Of a DNA stretch of 64,000 nt, positions 63,332-64,000 are shown piece by piece. Source of the stretch: Eledone cirrhosa. Its lineage: Eukaryota. Below the pieces are notes generated by a model. It was not told where the DNA came from. It saw only the letters and a list, made by a program, of their open reading frames with translations, and ran no database searches. The stretch is taken from the NCBI GenBank assembly GCA_964016885.1, contig OZ024740.1, positions 182,776,001 to 182,840,000 of the forward strand. The letters are read 5' to 3'. A program made the translations under genes and the position numbers. Numbering within the stretch: the stretch's first letter is position 1; every line of letters begins with the position of its first letter.

Positions 63332-63386
<55 letters not shown>

Positions 63387-64000
63387 ATATGTATATATAT
63401 ATATATATAACGAAGGAGTTGTGGTAAGGAACCAGATGAACGATAACGCACCAGAGTACTCAATACTGAGGGTAGTAGAGAGGGTAATAGGAGAAAGTAT
63501 GACCCCGACGGCAGTGCTGAAGCCATTTCGACGGCTATTTCTGGAATAAAGTAAGAGTTTTTTTAGTCTGGTAAATAAATAGCCGAACTTTTCAAGGGGT
63601 ACTTACTTATATGGGAAGATTGTAGTTGTCAAGAGGATTGGTCAAAATTTCTAGCAGACACAGAAAAGTCTATCATGGTAGTATGTGCGGGGTGGGGTTA
63701 ACTGAACTGTCCTGTAGAACGACAGGCGAGTGGGTAGAGCCGGTCAAGCGTAGAAGGTGAAATCTATACGGCAAATTCTAAGGAATGTTTATGAAAGTAG
63801 GCCAGAGGAGGTTGGCGAAAAAAGGTTTCTTTAGAAAGTAGAGGAGGGATGTTATAGGAATAGTAAATCCAAAGCGATTAGGGGACAATGAAAAAATATA
63901 GCAGCTGTGTTAGACCCCAGAGATGTGGTTTTAATTTTTAATTCTAAATTTTCACATCTAGCAACTCATTCTATAGCTTTGGCCGAAATAGCAGCACCAA

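Noticed and set aside
1-64000. CRISPR array or prokaryotic operon/defence system
   Set aside because: No regularly spaced repeat-spacer array and no bacterial gene density; all RT ORFs belong to eukaryotic retroelements.

Overview
AT-rich eukaryotic intergenic or intronic DNA made almost entirely of transposable-element debris and microsatellites. The repeat spectrum suggests a coleoid cephalopod such as Octopus (inference only). No intact host gene is evident; there is one weak candidate exon. Recognisable content: three Tx1/L1-clade LINE pieces, one near full length with a gag-knuckle ORF1 and an RT-core deletion; RTE-clade LINEs from at least two families; R4/Dong-type and CRE-type LINE remnants; Penelope-like elements (PLEs) in (TA)n tracts; tRNA-derived SINEs; a deleted mariner; and piggyBac-type MITEs. 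Most notable: (i) type-I hammerhead ribozyme folds in two PLE families, with covarying stems and head-to-head inverted pairs; (ii) a C4HC3 PHD-like zinc finger inside the RT domain of the dominant RTE family; (iii) a possible Tx1-SINE partnership sharing a 3' end and (ATT)n targeting; (iv) a hairpin-occluded AGGTAAGT (U1-complementary) motif before ORF2 in two Tx1 families; (v) an RTE insertion with twin-priming geometry. Boundaries of old fragments are approximate.
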